Positions 30,398 to 40,025 of a stretch of 64,000 bases of DNA are shown one piece after another; positions within the stretch are counted from its first letter, which is position 1, and each line of letters opens with the position of its first letter. Location: contig JAHPZI010000022.1 in assembly GCA_019058295.1 (NCBI GenBank), positions 197,183 through 261,182 of the forward strand, read 5' to 3'. Position numbers and translations under genes: made by a program. Under the pieces are notes generated by a model that did no database searches, had not been told where the DNA came from, and worked only from the letters and a program-made list of their open reading frames with translations. The stretch comes from Promethearchaeota archaeon (GTDB lineage Archaea; Asgardarchaeota; Lokiarchaeia; Sigyniarchaeales; SOKP01).

Positions 30398-31426
30398 ATG
30401 GTTAAATTAAAATCTGAGGTTAACGAGATTGAAGATGTTATTAGATTTAAGATTGATTTTCCCCCTTTTGATGGCCTGCGGTTTGTTTGCGTTTATTTAT
30501 TAAAAGCCGACGATATCTATATACTCATTGATGCGGGATTACATTTTCGAGACTGGAAGAATTTATTTTTTTCAAGTCTCAAAAACTTAAATATAGACAT
30601 AAAAGATGTAGAGTATTGTATTGTCACACATGACCATCTAGACCATTTAGGCTTGATAAAAGACTTAAAACGTAAGAATCCTGATCTCCAACTATTAATG
30701 CACGAAATTACTCACGAGATAATTGAATGGGGAACGAATCCTAATAAATCTAAAGAATTAGAGAATGAAGCAAGGGAACTTGCGAAAAGAATGATAAAAT
30801 ATGGTATTTCTGAAAAACAAGGAGAGAGAATTGTTCAAGTTCTTACAGCTATGCCAAAATTGGCAATATATCAAAAACCCGATAAACTTTTAGTGGATAA
30901 CGAAGAAATTATCATTGGCTCACATAAATTAAAGATTATATGGACACCTGGTCATGCCGTAGGGCATATCTGCGTATTTGACACTGATAAACACTATTTA
31001 TTTTCAGGAGATCATATTCTTTCTGAAATAACACCCCATATAGGAAGTTTTATTATGACTCCAACGCTTAAAAAGAAATACGATTTCAATAATATTTTGG
31101 ACCACTATTTAAGATCTTTAGAAAAAATTTACAATTTAAATCCAAAAATAATTTTTCCGGCTCATCAAGATATTATTTACAATCCATCCGAACGGATATT
31201 AGAAATTAAAGAACATCATAAAAATAGACTTAAGGAAATTTCAAATATAATAAAAGGTAACCCACTAACCCCAGTAAAGATTGCGGAAATTCATTTTGGA
31301 GATAATTTAACCGAGATAAACTCTTTTTTGGCATTAAGTGAAGTGCTTAGTCATTTAATCTATTTAGAAGAACAAAATAAAATAACCAGAATTGAAAAAA
31401 ATGGAAAATTCTTTTTTTCCAGCTGA
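30398..31426 (+). CDS. MBL-fold metallo-hydrolase with C-terminal winged helix
   Basis: THDHLDHLG, TPGHAVGH, FSGDH, PAH. Confidence 0.9.
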   Translation: MVKLKSEVNEIEDVIRFKIDFPPFDGLRFVCVYLLKADDIYILIDAGLHFRDWKNLFFSSLKNLNIDIKDVEYCIVTHDHLDHLGLIKDLKRKNPDLQLLMHEITHEIIEWGTNPNKSKELENEARELAKRMIKYGISEKQGERIVQVLTAMPKLAIYQKPDKLLVDNEEIIIGSHKLKIIWTPGHAVGHICVFDTDKHYLFSGDHILSEITPHIGSFIMTPTLKKKYDFNNILDHYLRSLEKIYNLNPKIIFPAHQDIIYNPSERILEIKEHHKNRLKEISNIIKGNPLTPVKIAEIHFGDNLTEINSFLALSEVLSHLIYLEEQNKITRIEKNGKFFFSS

Positions 31427-31484
31427 AAGATGGTTAGATAAAAAATAAAGAGTTTAATAATAAAAATAATTCAATTGAATTATA

Positions 31485-32858
31485 ATGCTAAAAATTGCTT
31501 TTATAGGTGCGGGATCATTTGTTTTTGGAGAAACTGTTCTAACAGATATTCTCACCTTTCCTTCATTAATAGAAGATACTACTATTTGTCTTGAAGATAT
31601 TGATGCACATTATTTAGATTTAATGTATAGATATATGTTAAAGTTGAAAGAGAATTATCCAGAAAAATTTGAAGGAGTTAACTTTGAGAAAACATCAAAT
31701 CAACGCAAAGCTATTGAAGATGCTAAATATATCGTAAACGCGATTCATGTAGGTGGATATGAGGCATATAAAATTGATATGGATATTCCTTTTAAGTATA
31801 ATGTGACTCAATGTGTTGGAGATTCATTAGGACCTGGAGGCGTTTTCCGTTTCCTTCGAAATTCTTACGTAATGAAATCCATTTTAAAAGATATTGAAGA
31901 AGTAGGTTATAACAGTGGAAGTGATACGGATAAGCCGTTACTTCTAAATTATACAAATCCAATGGCAATGGTAACTTGGTATTGCAATAGAATTCTGCCT
32001 GATTCTACGGTTGGTCTTTGTCATGGTGTGTATGGTACTGCCATTGGACTTAGGCATGCTTTAGGGTTTAAAGAAGAAAACTTTTCATATTTATGCGCAG
32101 GAATAAACCATATGGCCTGGTTTCTTAAATTATTTTACAGGGAAGATAAAGCTTTCCCATGGAAAAATGCGTATCCACTTTTACATAAAAAATTGGAAGA
32201 AGATCCTACGTTCGAAGAAATGGAACGATTAAGAGTTGATATGATGAGGGCTACGGGCTATTTTATGACGGAGTCATCTGGACATTTAAGTGAATATCTT
32301 CCCTACTATAGGAAACGAGAAGATTTATTAGAAAAATACAAGGGTACTATGCTTTTTGCTAATTTAGAACATAATTTCAATTATTTGATGAGTAAAAAAA
32401 ATTCTGAGAGTGTAGACAAGAGAATTGCCCGAAAATTGAAACGAAAAAAGCTTAAACTTAAAAAAACACATTCAGGGGAATATGCATCGTACATTATGAA
32501 TGCTATTGAAACCAATAAACCATTCATGTTTAATGGGAATGTAATAAATAAACAGGGAGGATTAATCACCAATTTACCAAAAGATTGTTGCGTAGAAGTA
32601 CCAGTCGCAGCTGATAGTCAGGGATTGCATCCTCAAGGTGGCATTGAATTACCCACAGTTTGTCAAGCACTATGTATTTCAAATATAATGGTCCAAAAAG
32701 CCGCGGTTGAGGGAGCACTTGAATTAGACAAAGAGAAGATATATCACGCGGTTTTATTAGATCCAAATACCGCTAGCGTTTGTTCACCTAGAGAAGTTCG
32801 AGACATGGTCGAGGAGATGTTTGAAGCAGAGAGTAATTGGCTACCTCAATTTAAATAA
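31485..32858 (+). CDS. melA: Glycoside hydrolase family 4, alpha-galactosidase-like
   Basis: IGAGS, GDSLGPGG.FR.LR, NYTNPM, GLCHG, GINHMAW, TESSGHLSEY. Confidence 0.85.
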   Translation: MLKIAFIGAGSFVFGETVLTDILTFPSLIEDTTICLEDIDAHYLDLMYRYMLKLKENYPEKFEGVNFEKTSNQRKAIEDAKYIVNAIHVGGYEAYKIDMDIPFKYNVTQCVGDSLGPGGVFRFLRNSYVMKSILKDIEEVGYNSGSDTDKPLLLNYTNPMAMVTWYCNRILPDSTVGLCHGVYGTAIGLRHALGFKEENFSYLCAGINHMAWFLKLFYREDKAFPWKNAYPLLHKKLEEDPTFEEMERLRVDMMRATGYFMTESSGHLSEYLPYYRKREDLLEKYKGTMLFANLEHNFNYLMSKKNSESVDKRIARKLKRKKLKLKKTHSGEYASYIMNAIETNKPFMFNGNVINKQGGLITNLPKDCCVEVPVAADSQGLHPQGGIELPTVCQALCISNIMVQKAAVEGALELDKEKIYHAVLLDPNTASVCSPREVRDMVEEMFEAESNWLPQFK

Positions 32859-32917
32859 ATCATTTATTTTTTCCATCTATATAAATTATTAAATAAATAA
32901 GAGTAAGAAAAAGGACA

Positions 32918-34645
32918 ATGAAACAAAAGACCTATCCTGAATATAGTATTCATTATCCCCTACTTCTCACGACTTTTATGAAAAACCCTGTAAGGATCTA
33001 TCCAGATGAGATAGGGGTTGTGTACAGAAACCATATTACTGGTGAATACCAACGCTTTACCTGGCTTGAATGGTATAAGCGTACCTGTCGTCTGGCAAAT
33101 ACATTGAGCTCTCTCGGTGTGAAACCCGGAAAGCCAGGTGACCCAGGTGATAGAATTGCTACTATGGCTCTTAATACGCACAGACACTTAGAACTTTACT
33201 ATGCCGTACCTTGTAGTGGAGCAGTACTCCATCCAATAAATATAAGGCTTGCTCAGGATCACATTATATACACCATTAATCATGCTGAAGATAAAATTCT
33301 ATTTTTTGATGATTTATTTTTATCTTTGGTTGAAGCGATTTATGACAAGATAAAAGACACTATAGAGAAATTCGTGTATATGTCGGATAAACCAGGATTA
33401 CCCGATACAAAAATAAAAAATCTTTATGAATATGAAGTGCTGCTTGAGCAGGAATCTGATAAATTTCAATGGCCGTATTTAAGTGAGGATAACTATGCCA
33501 CTCTTTGTTATACTACCGGCACTACAGGGCTCCCCAAGGGAGCGATGTTCACTCACAGAGCGCTTTATCTTCAAACTTTGCATCTAATAGCCCATACCAG
33601 TTTTATTAATGATCCCTCCTATGTACATCTTGGCGAGAATATCGTGGACTTGATGATAACCCCATTATATCATGTCCACGCCTGGTGTGCGCCTTTCATC
33701 TATAGTTTTTTGTCTGCTAAATTGGTTTTACCTGGTACATTCACGGTTGATGGATTCTGCGAGCTAGTTAAGACTGAGAGAGTAACAACTACAGCTGTAG
33801 TTCCAACAATTCTGGCTTTACTTATTGAGTATAAAGATTTGAATAAGTATGATCTTAGTAGCCTTAAATATGTTAGAGTGGGCGGTGGAGCTCTACCGTT
33901 GGGGTTAAAAGCTAAAGTTGAGGAGAAAATTCCAGGATTTTCGGCAACATCGGGATATGGAATGACAGAGACAGCACCCACTACCGTAAGGAGTTTCGTC
34001 AAGAAATATATGAGGGATTGGCCAAAACAAAAACTGGATAAAGTAAGGGTTAAGACAGGGCTTCCTGTTTCCGGAATTGAGGTTGAGGTTGTTGCCGAAA
34101 ATGGAAAGCCCATCCCGCATGATAATAAAACTCTTGGTGAGATTGTTATTCGTGGTCCCTGGGTAATAGAAAAATACTACAAGAATCCAGAAAAAACCGC
34201 TGAAGTATGGTATGATGGATGGTTTCATACAGGAGATTTAGCCAAGGTTGATGAGGAGGATTTCATAATTATCGCTGATAGGATGTCAGATGTTATTAGA
34301 AGCGGTTCTGAAATGGTTCCAACAGTGCTTCTTGAAAATCTTGCCAATATGGCTGATTTTATCCTTGAAGCTACAGTTGTGGGTGTCCCTGATGAAGTAT
34401 GGGGTCAGAAGCCACTTGCAATTATAAAGCTTGTGCCTAATTCCAATAAAACGGAAAGTGATTTTATCGAATTCCTCAAGAGCGAAGGCGTGGATAAAGG
34501 TAAGATAACCAATTGGATGCTTCCTAAATTGGTGGCAATTGTTGATGAGGTTCCAAAGACTAGTGTTGGAAAGTATAATAAAAGAGAAATCAGGAAGAAT
34601 CTGGAAAAATATCTGAACTTAGCTAAAGATATGAAACAAAATTAA
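32918..34645 (+). CDS. Fatty-acid--CoA ligase (AlkK/DmdB-like)
   Basis: N.HRHLELYYA.P, YTTGTTGLPKG, GYGMTET, RGPW, HTGD, PKTSVGK. Confidence 0.92.
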   Translation: MKQKTYPEYSIHYPLLLTTFMKNPVRIYPDEIGVVYRNHITGEYQRFTWLEWYKRTCRLANTLSSLGVKPGKPGDPGDRIATMALNTHRHLELYYAVPCSGAVLHPINIRLAQDHIIYTINHAEDKILFFDDLFLSLVEAIYDKIKDTIEKFVYMSDKPGLPDTKIKNLYEYEVLLEQESDKFQWPYLSEDNYATLCYTTGTTGLPKGAMFTHRALYLQTLHLIAHTSFINDPSYVHLGENIVDLMITPLYHVHAWCAPFIYSFLSAKLVLPGTFTVDGFCELVKTERVTTTAVVPTILALLIEYKDLNKYDLSSLKYVRVGGGALPLGLKAKVEEKIPGFSATSGYGMTETAPTTVRSFVKKYMRDWPKQKLDKVRVKTGLPVSGIEVEVVAENGKPIPHDNKTLGEIVIRGPWVIEKYYKNPEKTAEVWYDGWFHTGDLAKVDEEDFIIIADRMSDVIRSGSEMVPTVLLENLANMADFILEATVVGVPDEVWGQKPLAIIKLVPNSNKTESDFIEFLKSEGVDKGKITNWMLPKLVAIVDEVPKTSVGKYNKREIRKNLEKYLNLAKDMKQN

Positions 34646-34704
34646 ACAAATTTTTTTATGAATTCTTTAATTATTAAGAAGAATACAGATTCAATAATTA
34701 AAAG

Positions 34705-35349
34705 GTGTTATATTCTATTACTGAGAAAAAAAATAATCAACTAGAAAGAAAAATCGGTTCACAAGAGCCAATTCGACTTTCCGAACCTCGTGTCCCTCCT
34801 CAGGACGAATCAGAATGGGATGAAGATGCGAAAATATTATTAGGACGTTGGCGTGAAATTAACAAAAGGCCAACCCTAAACATAAATGCAACACTCGCAA
34901 GACACTCGAAGCTGCTCAAGCGTTGGAGTGTATTTTCGAATCACGTACTGTTTAAATCTTCCCTCCCTATACGCGATCGAGAGATACTAATTCTTCGAAT
35001 CGGTTGGCTCTGCCGTGCAAAATATGAATGGGGTCAGCATGTTATAATTGGAAAGATAGCTGGTCTTAAAAATGATGAAATCAAGCGGATCCAAGAAGGT
35101 CCAGATGCTACAGGTTGGGATAGCTTCGATGCTACTTTACTTCGTGCAGTAGATGAACTCTATATCGACGCCTTTATTAGCGATGCTACTTGGGGAAAAC
35201 TCACTGAGCACTACAATACAAAACAGATAATGGACCTTATTTTCACTGTTGGGCAATATAATTTAGTTTCAATGACTCTTAACACCTTGGGCGTCCAACT
35301 TGAAAAAGAATTAGAAGAAAAATTAAAAAAATTAAACTTAAACATATAG
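34705..35349 (+). CDS. Carboxymuconolactone decarboxylase (CMD/AhpD-like) family protein
   Basis: LP.RDREILILR......YEWGQH...G..AGL. Start uncertain (GTG). Confidence 0.8.
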   Translation: MLYSITEKKNNQLERKIGSQEPIRLSEPRVPPQDESEWDEDAKILLGRWREINKRPTLNINATLARHSKLLKRWSVFSNHVLFKSSLPIRDREILILRIGWLCRAKYEWGQHVIIGKIAGLKNDEIKRIQEGPDATGWDSFDATLLRAVDELYIDAFISDATWGKLTEHYNTKQIMDLIFTVGQYNLVSMTLNTLGVQLEKELEEKLKKLNLNI

Positions 35350-35374
35350 AGAGAGAAAAAGAAAAAGATAGTGT

Positions 35375-36556
35375 TTATTTTTTCATCTTAACAAATTTAC
35401 CAGTTCTCATTAGTTCACAAGGTCTTAGATATTCTCTTCCAGATTTCTCAACAAACTCATCTAATTTCTTAGTGTATTTTTCCCAGTTATTCTTTCCTGC
35501 TCCAAAAGGACCTGGTGTATTCATTCCAGCCATATTTGCATCATCAATGACTTTCCAGCCAGTTACCACTCCTTCCTCGATTAATCTACAGCCTTCATTT
35601 AAACGTATAGCCATAATAAGTTCTAAATCCAGCAATCCTGCCTTTTTGGACATATCTGGTTCTGGTCTACCTTTTGACCAATCATAATATCCTTGACCTG
35701 TTTTTCGGCCTAATTTCCCTTCTTTTATCATCATAGTAGTAACTTTTCCTGGTTTGAAGTCAGGGTGCAAAGTTTCAGCATAGTAATTGGCAGCATGATA
35801 GGAAGTATCAAGTCCAACATAATCTGCTAATACATATGGCGGCATAGGCATTATTCCTCCAGTATCTGCGTCGATTTGTTCCCAAGGAATTCCTTTTTCA
35901 TATGCATAATCAGTAATATAACTCCTATAAATTCCCACGGGAGCATTTAATCGATTTACTATGAATCCTGGGCGATCTTTTAACACTTTAGCAACAAATC
36001 TTTTTCCTTTAAGACATGGTAAACTTTCACTTACTTTCACTCCAATTTCCATGGCTTCATCAGAGGTTTTTTCGCCAGCTATTACTTCAATTAATCTCAT
36101 TAAGATGGGGGGATTAAAAAAGTGCATACCGATTACCTTATCTGCTCTATTGGTGGCAGTGGCTATATCAGTAATCGACATAGTAGAAGTATTTGTTGCT
36201 AAAATACAATGAGGAGGAGCGTTAACGTCGCAAGTTTTAAAGACATCTTTTTTAATATCCATTCTTTCTACAACTGCTTCTAAAACAAAATCAGCGTCTT
36301 TTACGGCAGAAGTTAAATCTAAATTCGTCTTTAATCGTCCCATAACATCGGATGCTGACACCCCCTCGCCTAACCTACCTTTAGCTTCGAGCTTTTTTAA
36401 ACCTTCATCAATCTTAGCAACTCCATTGTTTATAAATTCGTCTTTAATATCAACTAAAGTAACTTTGTATCCAGTCATCAATGCAATTTGAGCAACGTTA
36501 TGGCCCATCAAACCAGCACCAATTACAACTATATTTTTAACATTTTCAACGACCAT
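35375..36556 (-). CDS. 3-hydroxyacyl-CoA dehydrogenase
   Basis: GAGLMG, EAVVE, TNTS, GMHFFNPP, GFIVNR, duplicated C-terminal domain. Confidence 0.94.
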   Translation of the reverse strand: MVVENVKNIVVIGAGLMGHNVAQIALMTGYKVTLVDIKDEFINNGVAKIDEGLKKLEAKGRLGEGVSASDVMGRLKTNLDLTSAVKDADFVLEAVVERMDIKKDVFKTCDVNAPPHCILATNTSTMSITDIATATNRADKVIGMHFFNPPILMRLIEVIAGEKTSDEAMEIGVKVSESLPCLKGKRFVAKVLKDRPGFIVNRLNAPVGIYRSYITDYAYEKGIPWEQIDADTGGIMPMPPYVLADYVGLDTSYHAANYYAETLHPDFKPGKVTTMMIKEGKLGRKTGQGYYDWSKGRPEPDMSKKAGLLDLELIMAIRLNEGCRLIEEGVVTGWKVIDDANMAGMNTPGPFGAGKNNWEKYTKKLDEFVEKSGREYLRPCELMRTGKFVKMKK

Positions 36557-36683
36557 TTTTTTTCCTCTTTAAAAATTGATTTCAAGTTTTTTAGTATGAT
36601 TATGATTTTTTAAATAAAAATAATTTGAATCTATTTTTAATTTCTTTTCAACAAAAAAAGAGAAAAAATGAATAGATTATTTC

Positions 36684-37595
36684 TTATTCCTTTTGCTCAG
36701 CAGCCATAGGATTCTTATCCATACAAGGAACTCCGAATTGGCAAAAGGCACAGCCAACTGGGGGTGGTTGTTCATGCCATTCACCATTTATATATCGAAA
36801 ATGAGGTTTTAAAATATCTCCTATGCGTTTTATCATTTTTCTTTCTATTTTCTCACCATAAGCCCAACATTTGTTTTTATTATGACCATTTATATCAATA
36901 GCATTTGCGGGACAATTCTTTTCACATTGTCGACAAGTTCCTTTAGCATAATATAGGCAATTTGCATGAATATTGTCACTCTTTCTTGGAGTTATTTGAA
37001 GAGGTGCATTAGTAACAACAGAAGCTAATCTTAAATTACATCCGACCTCTGTGATTAAAGCTTCAGTGAGACTAAAAGTACCCAGACCAGCAGCGTAGGC
37101 AATATGTCGTTCGGACCAATTGGAGTAAAAACTGCCTTTTGTATATATACTAAAAACCTCACTAATCATAGCCGCCACTGCATTATAACCATGATCTTTA
37201 AAAAAATTAATCGATTGTCTACAAGTTTCTTTTTTAAATTCATTAGCATAGTTTCGACCAAGGGAATAAATATCAGCCGGTAATTTAACACGCGGAAATT
37301 CAATAAAGTCCTTGCTTTCTTCACGAATTCTATCAACATATGGAAATACGATCGAAAGAATGCGTAATTTAGAAGGGGACTCATCATCTTGTCCACATGC
37401 TCTCCAAAGTTCAACCGGAGTAAAATGTTCAGGACCCACAACCTCTTTAAGTTTTTCAAAGATTGGATCATCTCCTTTAGAAACTCCAATTAATGGAGTA
37501 GAAAATATTCTCCCGCCTCCATAGTTTTCATGAAGGCGGTTAAGCTCATTAGTAGAAAATAATTCTTTTAGAAATTGTTGAACTTTTTCGTTCAT
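36684..37595 (-). CDS. QueG/reductive-dehalogenase-like cobalamin/Fe-S protein
   Basis: WSERHIAYAAGLG.F....LIT..G..RL.SVVT, C..C...CP.NAI and a second C...CAFCQ..VPC cluster motif. Confidence 0.75.
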   Translation of the reverse strand: MNEKVQQFLKELFSTNELNRLHENYGGGRIFSTPLIGVSKGDDPIFEKLKEVVGPEHFTPVELWRACGQDDESPSKLRILSIVFPYVDRIREESKDFIEFPRVKLPADIYSLGRNYANEFKKETCRQSINFFKDHGYNAVAAMISEVFSIYTKGSFYSNWSERHIAYAAGLGTFSLTEALITEVGCNLRLASVVTNAPLQITPRKSDNIHANCLYYAKGTCRQCEKNCPANAIDINGHNKNKCWAYGEKIERKMIKRIGDILKPHFRYINGEWHEQPPPVGCAFCQFGVPCMDKNPMAAEQKE

Positions 37596-37707
37596 TTCAA
37601 ATCACTCGATTGTCAAACAATAATAAAAAAAAATAAAATCTTATAAAAAATTAAAAATTTCTAATTGTATTAATGTTTTAATTCATTTAAACTAACGGAA
37701 TGTAAAA

Positions 37708-38946
37708 ATGGCAAATAGACCAGAGCCTAATAACAGTAAAAAGATAAGTCCTATGAATGCACTTTCCACAATGGAAGTAAAATTCAATGATCCCTTAAAA
37801 GATGTTCACACCGCCAATCTTCTTATATCTGGTTGTGGATGGGTAGATACTACGGACGGCGTCGTATTGATTGATACATTACTCAGTGTGGGTGCAGGTA
37901 AGAGGGTATTTGAAAGAATCCAAGGTAAGATTAAATATATTATTTACACTCATGGGCATATGGATCATGTGGGTGGAGCTGAGGCTTTTTTAGCTGATGA
38001 TCCAGAGATTATCGCCAGTAAATTTCTTCCAGATAGATTTGACAATTACCAAATGTTAGCACCACATAGAGCCCGAATAGCCGCTCAACAATTTAATATA
38101 CCTGAATTTATGGGTAAAGTCAAATACACTTATCCAACTAAAACATTCTTAGGTGAGATGACCATTTCTTTAGGAGACAAAACCTTCGAGCTTCACACAG
38201 CACGAGCCGAAACCGACGATGCTGTTTGGATTTATGTACCTGAGCTCAATATAGCATTCATTGGTGACTTAATGATTGGTATTGGAATGTTCCCTAATAT
38301 TGGAAATCCTTGGAAACCCACTCGTTTTGCCTTGGACTGGGCAAAAGCTTTAGAAGAAATTCGAGCTCTTGAACCTGAATATGTTTTTTGTAATGGAGGA
38401 GGTGTTATGTATAAAGGTAAAAAAGCTTTAAAAGCATTGAACGATAATATTGAAGTCATCAGAGCATTACATGATCAAGTCGTCGATTTTATTAATCAAG
38501 ATATGCATATTTCGGAAATGATCCATGCTGTTAAAGTCCCAAATCATCTCAAAAAAAGCCCTTATCTTAAGCCTTTATATTCTAGACCTGAATTTTTCGT
38601 ATATAACGTTTACCGATGGTATCATGGCTATTTTGATCATAATCCTGCCAACCTACTTCCCAGACCAGAGAAAGAAGTCAAAAAAGAAATTTTTGGGCTT
38701 ATTGGAGATTCTACTAAAATCTTGGGCAGAGCAAGAGAACTTTTAGATCAGAACCAAGCACAACTTGCCCTCCAAGTCTTAGATGTCCTAATCCAAGCTG
38801 AACCAGAAAATATTGAAGCGCGAAAACTCCGTATGGAACTTCTCAAAGAGTTAGGCACTAATGATAAGTGCCTTATGTCCCGAAACACATGGTTCTACTT
38901 TATTAATCAAGATAAAAAATTTATTCGTTCAAAAAAAAGACATTAG
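37708..38946 (+). CDS. Alkyl-sulfatase (SdsA1/BDS1-like) MBL hydrolase with dimerisation domain
   Basis: THGHMDHVGG, AETDD, GD.....FPN.GNP, WY.GYFD.NPA.L.P. Confidence 0.85.
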   Translation: MANRPEPNNSKKISPMNALSTMEVKFNDPLKDVHTANLLISGCGWVDTTDGVVLIDTLLSVGAGKRVFERIQGKIKYIIYTHGHMDHVGGAEAFLADDPEIIASKFLPDRFDNYQMLAPHRARIAAQQFNIPEFMGKVKYTYPTKTFLGEMTISLGDKTFELHTARAETDDAVWIYVPELNIAFIGDLMIGIGMFPNIGNPWKPTRFALDWAKALEEIRALEPEYVFCNGGGVMYKGKKALKALNDNIEVIRALHDQVVDFINQDMHISEMIHAVKVPNHLKKSPYLKPLYSRPEFFVYNVYRWYHGYFDHNPANLLPRPEKEVKKEIFGLIGDSTKILGRARELLDQNQAQLALQVLDVLIQAEPENIEARKLRMELLKELGTNDKCLMSRNTWFYFINQDKKFIRSKKRH

Positions 38947-39130
38947 ATTTATTCTATTTTTTAACAATAAATCGCTAATAATGTTATTATTTTTTATTTT
39001 TTTGCCTTGATAAAAATTCGGTTAATACTTTATCTGATTTAAAAAAAATGATAAAGAATAAATAATGTCGTTGTCTTATGTTATTGAAAAATTTTAAAGA
39101 AGAGATAAAATAATTTAAAATTTTAGAAAA

Positions 39131-39895
39131 ATGGGATATAATAAAGAGGAGATTCGAGAAAAATTTAAAGATTTATTTGAATATTCTTTAGATTTTGTTT
39201 TTGTCCACGATTTAAAAGGAAATTTCCTCGATGCTAATGAAATAGCTTTAATGGCTCTCGGATACGAAAAAGACGAAATTCCAAATATTTCCTTTATAAC
39301 TCTAATAGATGAAGAACAGATAAAAAGAGGTTTTGAAAACCTAAAAAGATTTTTGAAGGAAGGAAAACAAGGTACACAGGCAGAGTATAAGCTTAAAACA
39401 AAAGATGGGAATTTTATTTATATAGAAACTTATGGCATTCCTTTGAGAAAAGAAGGAAAGATTTACGCTATTTTAGGTATTGGAAAAAATATTACTGAAC
39501 GAAAAATAACCGAACTATATTTAAAAGAATCTGAAGAAAAATTTAGAACGCTTTATGAAAACTCTCCCTTTGCGATTCTTTTAATTGATTTAAAAGGAAT
39601 AGTATTGGATTGTAATCCTATAACCATAAAAATGTTCGGATATGACAAAAAGGAAATAGTTGGTAAAGAAATAAGAAAGCTTGAGGCAATTCGTCCAGAA
39701 GATTTACCTATTCTACTTGAGATCTTTAAAAAATTAATTGGTGGAGAAAAGTTGCAGCGTGTAGAAATACAATTAAAAAAAAAAGATGGAAGCATAAAAT
39801 GGGCCTATATACAAGCAATATTATTTGAAATTGATGGAGAAAAATTTGTCCAAGCAATTTTGCACGAGCATGGAGAGTCTACAATAATCGGTTAA
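39131..39895 (+). CDS. Stand-alone tandem PAS-PAS protein
   Basis: Two PAS repeats (LFEYS.D...D.KG...AN; NITERK...ESEEKFRTLYENSP), no output domain. Confidence 0.85.
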   Translation: MGYNKEEIREKFKDLFEYSLDFVFVHDLKGNFLDANEIALMALGYEKDEIPNISFITLIDEEQIKRGFENLKRFLKEGKQGTQAEYKLKTKDGNFIYIETYGIPLRKEGKIYAILGIGKNITERKITELYLKESEEKFRTLYENSPFAILLIDLKGIVLDCNPITIKMFGYDKKEIVGKEIRKLEAIRPEDLPILLEIFKKLIGGEKLQRVEIQLKKKDGSIKWAYIQAILFEIDGEKFVQAILHEHGESTIIG

Positions 39896-40025
39896 AAAAA
39901 GTCATAAATTAAAAACTTCTTGTTCTATATAATCTAGAAAAAATTGAATGATCTAAAAACACAAAATTACTTTTTTTGCCAATTTTTTCTAAAATATATA
40001 TATATCTTAAAAATGAGTAATTAAT

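Noticed and set aside
38995-39980. TTTTTTTGCC on both sides of the PAS gene
   Set aside because: Low-complexity 10-mer, expected by chance.
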